From Vicinamibacteraceae bacterium (GTDB lineage: Bacteria > Planctomycetota > Phycisphaerae > Phycisphaerales > UBA5793): a stretch of 64,000 nt of DNA. Shown piece by piece: positions 43,655 to 54,665 of the stretch (positions are counted from its first letter, which is position 1; the number at the start of each line of letters is the position of its first letter). The notes under the pieces are model-generated. The model was not told the origin of the DNA and searched no databases. It worked only from the letters and a program-made list of their open reading frames with translations. The DNA lies in NCBI GenBank assembly GCA_011525805.1, contig WYBR01000040.1:112407-176406 (forward strand). The letters run 5' to 3'. Both the position numbers and the translations under genes were made by a program.

Positions 43655-44500
43655 ATGAGCGAAACCGATCCTCAGCCTGAATCGACCTCGTCGCGCGCCC
43701 TCCTGGGAGTGCAGTTCGTCGGCGAGCGCTGGCTTGGCTTTCAGCACAATGTCGGCGGCGTCTGGTACCTCTTCGTGGATGTGGCCGGGTGGGTCGGCCG
43801 CGCGCTGACTCGGCGCCGCATCCGGCTCGGCCGGGTTGCGATCATCAGCCAGGTGGTCCGCCTCGGAGCGCGGGCGATCGGGATCGTCATGCTGCTTTCA
43901 ATGGCCATCGGCGCGATCCTGGCGCTCCAGATGGAGCCCCCGCTGCGCGATTTCGGACAGACGGACAAGATCGCCAACATCGTCGGCGTGGCGGTGCTGC
44001 GCGAACTCGGCCCGCTCATCAGCGCCGTGATCCTGACCGGCTTCGCCGGCGCCGCCGTCGCCGCCGAGGTCGGAACGATGGTGGTGGGTGAGGAGATCGA
44101 GGCGCTCGAAGCGCACGCCCTCAACCCCGTGCGCTTCCTCGTCGTGCCGCGCGTCATCGCGACGACCGTTTCGCTCGTGTGCCTGACGATCATCGCCGAT
44201 GCGGTCGCCATCGCGGCGGGCATGTTTATCTCCGTGTACGTCCATGAAGTGCCCGCGGTGCAATACTGGGACAACACGCTGGCGCAGTGCGAGGCGAAAG
44301 ACATGCTCACGGGGCTGGTCAAGGCCGGCGTTTTCGGCATGCTCATCGGACTGATTTCGTGCTACAACGGGTTGAAGGTGACCGGCGGCGCCGCGGGCGT
44401 CGGCCGCGCCACCACCGCGACCGTCGTCGCCAGCGTGGTCTCCGTCATCTTCGCCGACCTGATCTTCACCACGGTGTTCTTCGCGCTCGAGTGGACGTGA
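43655..44500 (+). CDS. mlaE: MlaE-family ABC transporter permease
   Basis: RAIGIVMLLSMAIGAILALQ, LRELGPLISAVILTGFAGAAVAAEVGTMVVGEEIEALEAHALNPVRFLVVPRVIA. Confidence 0.85.
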   Translation: MSETDPQPESTSSRALLGVQFVGERWLGFQHNVGGVWYLFVDVAGWVGRALTRRRIRLGRVAIISQVVRLGARAIGIVMLLSMAIGAILALQMEPPLRDFGQTDKIANIVGVAVLRELGPLISAVILTGFAGAAVAAEVGTMVVGEEIEALEAHALNPVRFLVVPRVIATTVSLVCLTIIADAVAIAAGMFISVYVHEVPAVQYWDNTLAQCEAKDMLTGLVKAGVFGMLIGLISCYNGLKVTGGAAGVGRATTATVVASVVSVIFADLIFTTVFFALEWT

Positions 44501-44524
44501 GGCCGGGCCGCTGGCCCGCGCCGT

Positions 44525-45511
44525 TCACCATCGATACCCGATCGGCTGCTCGATCCAGGCGCCGAGGTCGCGGACGACCATCATCCATACGATGGCGAGG
44601 CCGACGAGGGCGGTAAGGATGAGCGCCTCGCCGTAGAGTCCGGCGCCGAGCAGCCAGCAGATGCCGTAAATGCCGATCCACAGCGAGCCGTAGCGCTGGA
44701 GTTTCTCCGCCGCGAAGGCGGCGCTGGAGGCGAAGCGCACCTTGTGGACGCTGCTGATGAGGAACAGGACGGCGGCCGCCAGGGGCCACGCCAGGCCGTA
44801 CCAATGGAACTCCGGCTCCCAGAGCCAGCCCTTGTCGCCGGGCTGCCAGAGCAGGAAGAGGCAGATGAGCACGTAACCCGCGACCATGCCGATGACGCTC
44901 AGGGCCGTGAATCGCGGCCGCTTCTGCTCGAGGCGGTGCACCGCCGCCTGCACGAGCATCGCGTGCAGCACGACAAGCATCACGGGCCAGACGAAGCGCA
45001 GGCCGAAGTTGAGAATCAGCATTTCCGACGCATACACCACGCCGAGGGTGAAGAGGCCCACGCCCGGAATGTGCTTGGCTGCGGCGTTGTAAAACAGGAT
45101 CGCCGCCGCGCACAGGAGCGTGACGAGCAGCACCGTCCGATCGAGGATCGCCGCCACGAGCAGGGCGCTGAGAAGCGAGGCGAATCCGATGATCGCCGCG
45201 CTCTGCGCCGTGATCCGCCCGGACGGGATCGGCCGGTTGGGGGCAAAGGTCGTGTCGCGGTTCACGTCGAAAAAGTCGTTGAGCGCTCCCCCGTAGGTGG
45301 AAAGCCCGACTCCGAGGATCGAGGCGAGCGCGAGCGCGATCCACAGGGGGGCTTCCTCGATCGACGCCGCCATCGGATGCTCCAGGCTGACGCTGCGCGA
45401 CCAGAGGATGACGAACCACAGATTCGCCACCGCGGCGAAGGCGTGCGTCAGCCGCGAGAGTTGCACCGTCGAAAGGAGGTTCACGATCAGCGGGCGGATC
45501 ATGCGGGACAT
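44525..45511 (-). CDS. UbiA-family prenyltransferase
   Basis: Trimmed to ATG 45511 (MSRMIRPL). Asp-rich motif LNDFFDVNRDTTFAPNRPIPSGRI. Eight or more TM segments. Confidence 0.8.
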   Translation of the reverse strand: MSRMIRPLIVNLLSTVQLSRLTHAFAAVANLWFVILWSRSVSLEHPMAASIEEAPLWIALALASILGVGLSTYGGALNDFFDVNRDTTFAPNRPIPSGRITAQSAAIIGFASLLSALLVAAILDRTVLLVTLLCAAAILFYNAAAKHIPGVGLFTLGVVYASEMLILNFGLRFVWPVMLVVLHAMLVQAAVHRLEQKRPRFTALSVIGMVAGYVLICLFLLWQPGDKGWLWEPEFHWYGLAWPLAAAVLFLISSVHKVRFASSAAFAAEKLQRYGSLWIGIYGICWLLGAGLYGEALILTALVGLAIVWMMVVRDLGAWIEQPIGYRW

Positions 45512-45587
45512 GGTAGGGGGTTGGGGCTTGAGGCTTGGGGCTGGCGCCGCTTGCGGCATCGCGGGTCGAGCGCTCCATTGCCCCCGG

Positions 45588-45662
45588 CGCGCTCCCCTGC
45601 GCAAGGCCTCCGGGTTGCGGCGAAACGATCCTCCGACGCCTTGATCTCCCGATGCCTTCCTC
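45588..45662 (+). repeat. bipartite intergenic element, copy A, sense = plus strand
   Basis: CGCGCTCCCCTGCGCAAGGCCTCCGGGTTGCGGCGAAACGA (31/33 identical to copies B/C over the core), then CGCCTTGATCTCCCGATGCCTTCCTC. The core ends 77 nt before the ribH ATG. Confidence 0.65.
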
Positions 45663-45704
45663 TGGAACGCTCCGATTCTCACTCGTACCATCCTGCTTCG
45701 ATTC

Positions 45705-46193
45705 ATGGTTCACACCCTTGATCCACAGCATGATGTCGCCTCGCTGCTCGTGGCGATCGTCCGGAGCACCTACCATTCGTGGGCGACCGGGCGCATGCTC
45801 GAAGGCGCGATCGACCGCTGGCGGCGCCTGGGGGGCCGGGAGGAGAACCTGATCGTCGCCGATGTCTCCGGCTGCTGGGAATTGGGGGCGGCGGCGCGTG
45901 CATTCGCCGAGCGGCGCGACGTCGACGGCATCGTGGCCCTCGGAGTTGTGATCCGCGGCGAAACGGACCACTTCGAGTACATCGGCCGCGGCGTGGCGCA
46001 GGCGCTGACCGACCTCACCTCGCGCACCGGCGTTCCCGTCGGTTTCGGAGTGCTCACCTGCGACAACGCCGAGCAGGTCAAGGCCCGGACCGGAGGCGAG
46101 GCGGGCAACAAGGGAGCGGAGGCCATGGAAGCCGCCGTGCAAACCGCGCTGATGATCCGGGCTGTTCGCGCCTGGCGGCCGGGCAAAGGTTGA
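45705..46193 (+). CDS. ribH: 6,7-dimethyl-8-ribityllumazine synthase
   Basis: VAIVRSTYHSW, VSGCWELG, GIVALGVVIRGETDHFEYI, VGFGVLTCDN, NKGAEAMEAAV. Confidence 0.9.
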   Translation: MVHTLDPQHDVASLLVAIVRSTYHSWATGRMLEGAIDRWRRLGGREENLIVADVSGCWELGAAARAFAERRDVDGIVALGVVIRGETDHFEYIGRGVAQALTDLTSRTGVPVGFGVLTCDNAEQVKARTGGEAGNKGAEAMEAAVQTALMIRAVRAWRPGKG

Positions 46194-46198
46194 TCCAC

Positions 46199-46744
46199 GT
46201 GTCCACGACTTCCCACGACATTCGCCGCCTCGCGCTTCAGATGCTCTATCAACTGGACGCGAGGCAGGGAGAGGACGCCGAGGCGATTCGCGACTCGCTC
46301 CTCAATGCCTCCCGAGATGCGGCCGGGCATTTCGCCGGCGCGTGGTCCGTGCCGACGCTCAACGACCCGGCGGCCCACCGCAAGGCGTTCGGCACTGCGC
46401 TGGCCGCGTGGAACGCCCGCGCTGAGGCGGATCGCATTGCCACGTCGCTCGCGCCCGAGTGGCCGACCCATCGCCAGCCCGTCGTCGATCGCAACGTCAT
46501 CCGCCTGTGCTGGTTCGAGATGACGCAGGGCGAAGTGCCGCCCAAGGCCGCCGTCAACGAAGCCATCGAACTCGCCAAGGAGTTCGGCACCGACCGAAGC
46601 GGCGCGTTCCTCAACGGCGTGCTCGACCGGATGCTCAAGCGCATCCTCCACGCCGGGGCCGCCGCGGACGTCGCCAGCCACGAAGAGGCGGATCAGCCCG
46701 TCGATGACCCCGTGCTCCACACCGAGTACTGGAGTTCCGAGTAG
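46199..46744 (+). CDS. nusB: transcription antitermination factor NusB
   Basis: In-frame GTG 46199 of ORF 45779..46744. Contains RRLALQMLYQLD and AVNEAIELAKEFGTDRSGAFLNGVLDRM. Follows ribH, as is common. Confidence 0.85.
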   Translation: MSTTSHDIRRLALQMLYQLDARQGEDAEAIRDSLLNASRDAAGHFAGAWSVPTLNDPAAHRKAFGTALAAWNARAEADRIATSLAPEWPTHRQPVVDRNVIRLCWFEMTQGEVPPKAAVNEAIELAKEFGTDRSGAFLNGVLDRMLKRILHAGAAADVASHEEADQPVDDPVLHTEYWSSE

Positions 46745-46748
46745 CGCG

Positions 46749-47672
46749 ATGGGGCTGTTCTCTTCGACCATCGGAGCGATCCGCAAAGGGCTGGCCCGCA
46801 CCCGCGACACGTTCGTCAGCGGCTTGCGCTCGCTGCTTCGCGGCCGGCGGCTGAGCGACGAAGTCATCGACGAGATCGAGTCGCGCCTCATCCAGGCCGA
46901 CGTCGGCGTGCGCACCACCACGAAACTCATCGACGAGTTGCGCCAGCAGTACCGCGCCGGGACCATCACTCAGGGCGACCAGGTCATCGGCTTCCTCAAG
47001 AGCGAGTTGAAGGCCTACTGGCCCGCCGCGAACCGGCAGATCGCGCGGGCGGAGACCCGGCCAACTGTCATTCTCGTCGCGGGCATCAATGGCGCGGGAA
47101 AGACGACGAGCGTCGCCAAGATCGCCAGGAGCCTCCTCGACGAGAAGCGCAGCGTGATGCTCGCGGCGTGCGACACCTTCCGCGCCGGGGCGGTGAATCA
47201 ACTCACCATCTGGGCAGACCGCCTCGGTGTGCCCATCATCAAGGGCCAGCACAACTCCGATCCGGCCTCGGTCGCCTTCGACGCCTGCGAGGCGGCGCTG
47301 GCGCGCGGCGTGGATGTGCTCGTCATCGACACGGCCGGCCGCCTGCACACGCAGGATCCTCTGATGAAGCAACTGACGAAGATTCGCGACGTGGTGGCCA
47401 AGCGCCTTCCCGGCGCCCCGCACGAGGTGCTCCTCGTCCTCGACGCCACGACGGGCCAGAACGCCATTGAGCAGGCGAAGAAGTTCAAGGAAGCGATCAA
47501 CATCACCGGCATCTTCCTCGCCAAACTCGACGGCACGGCCAAGGGCGGCATCGTCATCGCCATCCGCGAAGCCGTGGACATCCCCGTCAAACTCGTCGGC
47601 GTCGGCGAATCGCCCGAAGACGTCGAGCCCTTCGACCCCGAGACATTCATCGAGTCGATGTTCGCGGAGTGA
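46749..47672 (+). CDS. ftsY: signal recognition particle receptor FtsY (short form)
   Basis: ATG 46749 (MGLFSSTIGAIRKGLARTRD). G-domain motifs: VAGINGAGKTTSVAKIA, DTAGRLH, LAKLDGTAKGG. Confidence 0.95.
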   Translation: MGLFSSTIGAIRKGLARTRDTFVSGLRSLLRGRRLSDEVIDEIESRLIQADVGVRTTTKLIDELRQQYRAGTITQGDQVIGFLKSELKAYWPAANRQIARAETRPTVILVAGINGAGKTTSVAKIARSLLDEKRSVMLAACDTFRAGAVNQLTIWADRLGVPIIKGQHNSDPASVAFDACEAALARGVDVLVIDTAGRLHTQDPLMKQLTKIRDVVAKRLPGAPHEVLLVLDATTGQNAIEQAKKFKEAINITGIFLAKLDGTAKGGIVIAIREAVDIPVKLVGVGESPEDVEPFDPETFIESMFAE

Positions 47673-47755
47673 GGCGCGCCCGACCGCCTTTCAAGCCCGC
47701 TGCCTGCAATCCCCGATGAGTCCTCCGGAACGCGCGATGCGCGATCGGAGGCGCC

Positions 47756-48478
47756 ATGCACGAAGTCGGCCACATCCTTCTTGAACTGATGGCGGCGATC
47801 GCCGGCGGACTTGGCGGGATGTGGGTGCAACATCGCGCCGGGCGAAGGAACGCGAGCGATGCGCATCGAGCGCCGCAGTCATCCTCATTCGAGCGAGTCG
47901 GCGTGCAACTGGAGATGCTCGACGCGATGATCGAAGCGCGATGCGAGCCGGCTGTTCGGGAGCAGCGTGATGATGAGGAGCATCGTCATCTGCTGCGGCG
48001 GGTGCTGCTCGACATCGACGACCTTGCCGACTTGCCCGCCCCACCCGGACCTGGCGCTTTCGAAGTGGCGATGGATCTCGGTCTTGCCGCGGCCGCGCTC
48101 GCCGGGCCGCTGCTCGTCGATCCCGAATCGTCGCCGACGGAGCGGGCGCGAGTCTTCCTCTCGACCGGACGGTTCCTTGACGGAGGCGGCGGTTCGTTCT
48201 CAGTGCAGATTCTCGGCAATCGCGGAACGCAGCAGATCACGATCGCGTCGGGGACGGCGCAGGAGAACATTATCAGAGCGATCCAGCAGTTCACGGAGCG
48301 TACGGGCGTCCACGCCTTGCAGGATGCCGTCGATCCGAGCCTCATCCGCCTGACTTCGCGGCGTCGGGGCCGACGCCAGTGGGTCGCAGCGAAGCGACTC
48401 TTCGGCCACCCTGTCAACGCCTTCCTCGACGAGAACCGCGCCAACCACGCCGACGGCCAACTCGACTTCGGCGCGTGA
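47756..48478 (+). CDS. hypothetical protein with a flagellin 'IN'-like motif
   Basis: 240-aa ORF with strong GC3 bias. The segment GGGSFSVQILGNRGTQQITIASGTAQENIIRAIQQFTERTGVHALQDAVDPSLIRLTS follows the G-F-x-I...I-x-[IV]...aIN...GV-A...L-x-L-[TS] pattern of the Flagellin_IN repeat as I remember it. Confidence 0.45.
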   Translation: MHEVGHILLELMAAIAGGLGGMWVQHRAGRRNASDAHRAPQSSSFERVGVQLEMLDAMIEARCEPAVREQRDDEEHRHLLRRVLLDIDDLADLPAPPGPGAFEVAMDLGLAAAALAGPLLVDPESSPTERARVFLSTGRFLDGGGGSFSVQILGNRGTQQITIASGTAQENIIRAIQQFTERTGVHALQDAVDPSLIRLTSRRRGRRQWVAAKRLFGHPVNAFLDENRANHADGQLDFGA

Positions 48479-48505
48479 GCGATCTCCGCCATACGATCCG
48501 CCGGC

Positions 48506-49423
48506 GTGCAGACCCTTTCGCAAATTCGTGATCTCCTCGCGCAGCGCGGCGTGCGGCCGAAGCACCGCTTCGGGCAGAACTTCCTCCACGACCAGAATCA
48601 ACTCCGCAAACTCGTCGCCGCGGCGGACGTGCGGCAGGGCGATCTCATCCTCGAAGTCGGGCCCGGAACCGGCACGCTCACCGAAACCCTCCTCGAGGCA
48701 GGCGCCGACGTCATCGCCTGCGAGATCGACCCCGACATGGCCGCGATCATCCGCGAACACGTCGCTCCCCGTCACGCCCACGATGAGTCTTCGAATCGTG
48801 GGGTGCCTTCTCCGCACCTCACTCTGATCGAGGCGGATATCCTCGCCGGCAAGCACGCGATTGCGCCCGAGGTCGTCGCGCACCTTGATCGTCCCTTCAA
48901 ACTCGTGGCCAACTTGCCGTACCAGGTCGCCAGCCCGCTGATCTCGTCACTGCTGGTCGAGCATTCGGACGCGACCGCGCAGCGAGCCGCGTCGTCCCCG
49001 ACGCGCGATCGCGCCTTCTGCACCGGTCTGTTCATCACCGTGCAGCGCGAGGCGGCCGAGCGAATCCTCAGCGGGCCGCGTACGAAGGAGTACGGCGTCC
49101 TCGCCGTGCTGTGCCAGACCTTCGCCGAGGTCGAGTTGATCTCGCGCCTCAGCCCCGGGTGTTTCTGGCCGGCGCCGAAGGTGGAGAGCGCGATGATCGC
49201 CTTTCGGCCGCGGCCCAGCCCCGCGATCGCCGACCGCCGCGCCTTCGCCGCCTTCCTTCAGACTCTCTTCCGCAGCCGGCGCAAGCAGTTGGGGAGCATC
49301 TTCGGCCGTGACCGCGCCTGGCCCGCGGGCATCCAACCCACGCAGCGGCCGGGGGAACTGACCATCGGGCAGGTCGGCCGGCTCTTTCTGGCCGGATTCG
49401 GGGAAACGACCCCGATCGTGTGA
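48506..49423 (+). CDS. rsmA: 16S rRNA (adenine1518/1519-N6)-dimethyltransferase RsmA/KsgA
   Basis: PKHRFGQNFLHD and SAM motif LEVGPGTGTLTE. Contains a ~25-aa insert around HAHDESSNRGVPSPHL. Confidence 0.9.
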   Translation: MQTLSQIRDLLAQRGVRPKHRFGQNFLHDQNQLRKLVAAADVRQGDLILEVGPGTGTLTETLLEAGADVIACEIDPDMAAIIREHVAPRHAHDESSNRGVPSPHLTLIEADILAGKHAIAPEVVAHLDRPFKLVANLPYQVASPLISSLLVEHSDATAQRAASSPTRDRAFCTGLFITVQREAAERILSGPRTKEYGVLAVLCQTFAEVELISRLSPGCFWPAPKVESAMIAFRPRPSPAIADRRAFAAFLQTLFRSRRKQLGSIFGRDRAWPAGIQPTQRPGELTIGQVGRLFLAGFGETTPIV

Positions 49424-49568
49424 AGAGGGCGCTAATCCCGGTCTGATTCGCCGGTTTTTTGAACCTGCCCCGGCGGTCATCACTACCATACCTGTTAATC
49501 AAGGCAATCTGCGGAACGCTCCGCGAAGGGCACGTCGCGATTGGCAATCCCGGTGGGAGGATCGGAAC

Positions 49569-49814
49569 ATGGCGTCGAAGGGGAATCGGAACAGTTCATC
49601 GTCAACCGCAACGGCTGAGAAGAAGGGGGCGGCGTCACGCTCCGTGGCGCCGCGCAAGCCCGTCAGCGTTGCCGCGCCCGAGCCGCAGGCCCGAAAGCGC
49701 GAGATCTCGCATGAGATGATCGCGGCCCGCGCCTACGAACTCTGGAAGATGCGCGGCGGAGATGCGGACCAGAACTGGCTCGAGGCCGAGCAGTTGCTGC
49801 GCAGCGGAATGTAG
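49569..49814 (+). CDS. DUF2934-type small protein
   Basis: C-terminal ISHEMIAARAYELWKMRGGDADQNWLEAEQLL matches the DUF2934 pattern. GGGAGGA lies 7 nt upstream of the ATG. Confidence 0.7.
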   Translation: MASKGNRNSSSSTATAEKKGAASRSVAPRKPVSVAAPEPQARKREISHEMIAARAYELWKMRGGDADQNWLEAEQLLRSGM

Positions 49815-49878
49815 CGCCGACCGCGCCGGGGCAGAGGCTCTGCGCCGCCCCGGATCGATCGATCCTCGACCTCCGACC

Positions 49879-53010
<3,132 letters not shown>

Positions 53011-53160
53011 GAAGTGGGGCGGTTCCGTTGGGGTGAGGGCAATGATATGCGGTGCGGCAGTGCCGACTCGAAACGCAGTGCATTCGTACTCATGGCTAGA
53101 CTTCACCGCGTTCACTGTGTTGTGACGCGGACGCTGATTCGGGAGTCCCATCGCACTTGC

Positions 53161-53194
53161 CGCGCTCCCCTGCGCAAAGCCTCCGGGTCGCGGC
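53161..53194 (+). repeat. bipartite intergenic element, copy B (core only), sense = plus strand
   Basis: CGCGCTCCCCTGCGCAAAGCCTCCGGGTCGCGGC, identical over 34 nt to copy C. Ends 20 nt before the glycosyltransferase ATG (53214). Confidence 0.65.
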
Positions 53195-53213
53195 TAACCG
53201 GCTTGTCCCCCCC

Positions 53214-54536
53214 ATGCGCATTTTGCACGTTTCAACTCGACTGATCCTCGGCGGCTCGCAGGAGAACACCGTTCTCTCCTGCGAGGGGCAGGCGCGCGCG
53301 GGGCATGAAGTGCATCTCGCCTTCGGGCCGATCTACGGGCCGGAGGGGTCGCTGCTCGAGCGCGTCGAGGCGTTTCGCGTCGCGGAGAATGAAGACGGGC
53401 GAGACGCCCATTCCACCTCCCGTTCGGAGAAGGGAGACGGGCGAGACGCCCGTTCCACCGGCCCATCCGCCGCCTGCTCCACCGCCCGTCCCACCGCCCG
53501 TTCCACCCGCATCACCACGCACATCCTGCCGCACATGGTGCGCGAACTGGCGCTCGTGAAGGACCGCAAGGCCTTCGGCGAGTGCCGCCGCCTCATCGCC
53601 CGACTTGACCCCGACATTGTTCACACGCACTCCTCCAAGGCGGGCATCCTCGGTCGTGCCGCCGGCTGGGCCGAGGGGGGTCGGCAGGGGAAGCGCGGCA
53701 TCGTCCACACCATCCACGGCCTGCCCTTTCACCCCTATGAAAAAGGCTGGCGCAACCTCATCTACATCAAGTCGGAGCGCTTCGCCGCGCGGCGATGCCA
53801 CCGCATCATCACTGTCTGCGACGCCATGCGCGACCAGGCGCTCGCCGCCGGCGTCGGCACGCCTGATCTCTACACCACCGTCTACAGCGGCATGGAGACG
53901 CAGCGGTTTCTCGAACCCGGCGTCACGCGCGACCAGGCGCGGAATCGCCTCGGCATCGAGCCGGAGGATTTCATCATCGGCACCGTCGCGCGCCTCGCCG
54001 AACTCAAGGGGCACGACGACCTCCTCGACGCGATCGGACCGGTGATGCGCACGAAGCCGAACTGGAAGATGCTCTGGGTCGGCGATGGTTGGTGGCGCGA
54101 GCGCTTGCTGAGCCGCGTCCGCGAACTCGGCTTGGAGCAGCAGGTCATCACGACGGGGCTGGTGCCGCCCGAGCAGGTTGCGGAACTGATGCGCGCGATG
54201 GATCTGCTGGTGCACCCGAGTTACCGCGAGGGCTTGCCCCGCACGGTTCCGCAGGCGCTGCTGAGCGATGTGCCTGTGGTGGTCTACGACCTTGACGGCG
54301 CACCCGAAGTGTGCATTGACGGGCAGACGGGCCGCCTCGTTCCCGCCGGCGACCGCGCCGCCCTGCGCGAAGCGATCGAGTGGATGTCCGACCACCCCGC
54401 CGAGCGCGCAGACATGGCGCAGCGCGGGCGGGAGATGTGCCGTGAGCGATTCAGCGTCGAGATGATGATTGCCGATCTCCAGGCCGTGTATGAGCGGGTG
54501 CTTGAGCGGATTCGAGGGCGATGGATCTCGAGGTAG
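53214..54536 (+). CDS. GT4-family (GT-B fold) glycosyltransferase
   Basis: ATG 53214 (MRILHVSTRLILGGSQENTV). Contains PDIVHTHSSKAGILGR and the C-terminal E-x7-E region SYREGLPRTVPQALLSDVPVVVYDLDGAPEV. Confidence 0.85.
   Translation: MRILHVSTRLILGGSQENTVLSCEGQARAGHEVHLAFGPIYGPEGSLLERVEAFRVAENEDGRDAHSTSRSEKGDGRDARSTGPSAACSTARPTARSTRITTHILPHMVRELALVKDRKAFGECRRLIARLDPDIVHTHSSKAGILGRAAGWAEGGRQGKRGIVHTIHGLPFHPYEKGWRNLIYIKSERFAARRCHRIITVCDAMRDQALAAGVGTPDLYTTVYSGMETQRFLEPGVTRDQARNRLGIEPEDFIIGTVARLAELKGHDDLLDAIGPVMRTKPNWKMLWVGDGWWRERLLSRVRELGLEQQVITTGLVPPEQVAELMRAMDLLVHPSYREGLPRTVPQALLSDVPVVVYDLDGAPEVCIDGQTGRLVPAGDRAALREAIEWMSDHPAERADMAQRGREMCRERFSVEMMIADLQAVYERVLERIRGRWISR
53388..53520 (+). repeat. 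~130-nt repeat cassette inserted in frame in the glycosyltransferase gene
   Basis: Two copies of GACGGGCGAGACGCCC(A/G)TTCCACC (53394..53417 and 53436..53459; hairpin ACGGGCG-aga-CGCCCGT). Followed by tandem CCACCGCCCGT-type units (53479..53509). Translated as EDGRDAHSTSRSEKGDGRDARSTGPSAACSTARPTARSTRITT. Confidence 0.65.
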
Positions 54537-54665
54537 CGACTGTCTTGAGATTCAAGGGTGCGGTTGAGCGGAGCGATACGCACCGGTTCGCGCGGCCGAT
54601 TGCAGATCGTCCGTCGATTGCGCAAAAGCGCCGAACTGGTGCGTTTCGCGGAGCCTCAATGCACG

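Noticed and set aside
45512-45704. Possible FMN riboswitch in the 193-nt leader of ribH.
   Set aside because: None of the conserved RFN-element segments I remember (for example the GGGCGGGGCGAAATTCCCCACCGG-like 5' arm or the CCGACGGT..AGTCCGGATG core) is present. The region is instead occupied by the bipartite repeat element and CCCCAAGCC-type tracts.
49438-49460. Possible intrinsic terminator after rsmA (CCGG-tctgattcg-CCGG followed by TTTTTT).
   Set aside because: The T6 run is striking for this genome, but the stem is only 4-5 bp. That is too weak to call without folding energies or 3'-end mapping.
49815-49878. Hairpin CCGGGG..CAGAG-g-CTCTG..CCCCGG between the convergent DUF2934 gene and uvrA, considered as a bidirectional terminator.
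   Set aside because: It is asymmetric and interrupted, with no U-tract on either strand. It cannot be supported from sequence alone.
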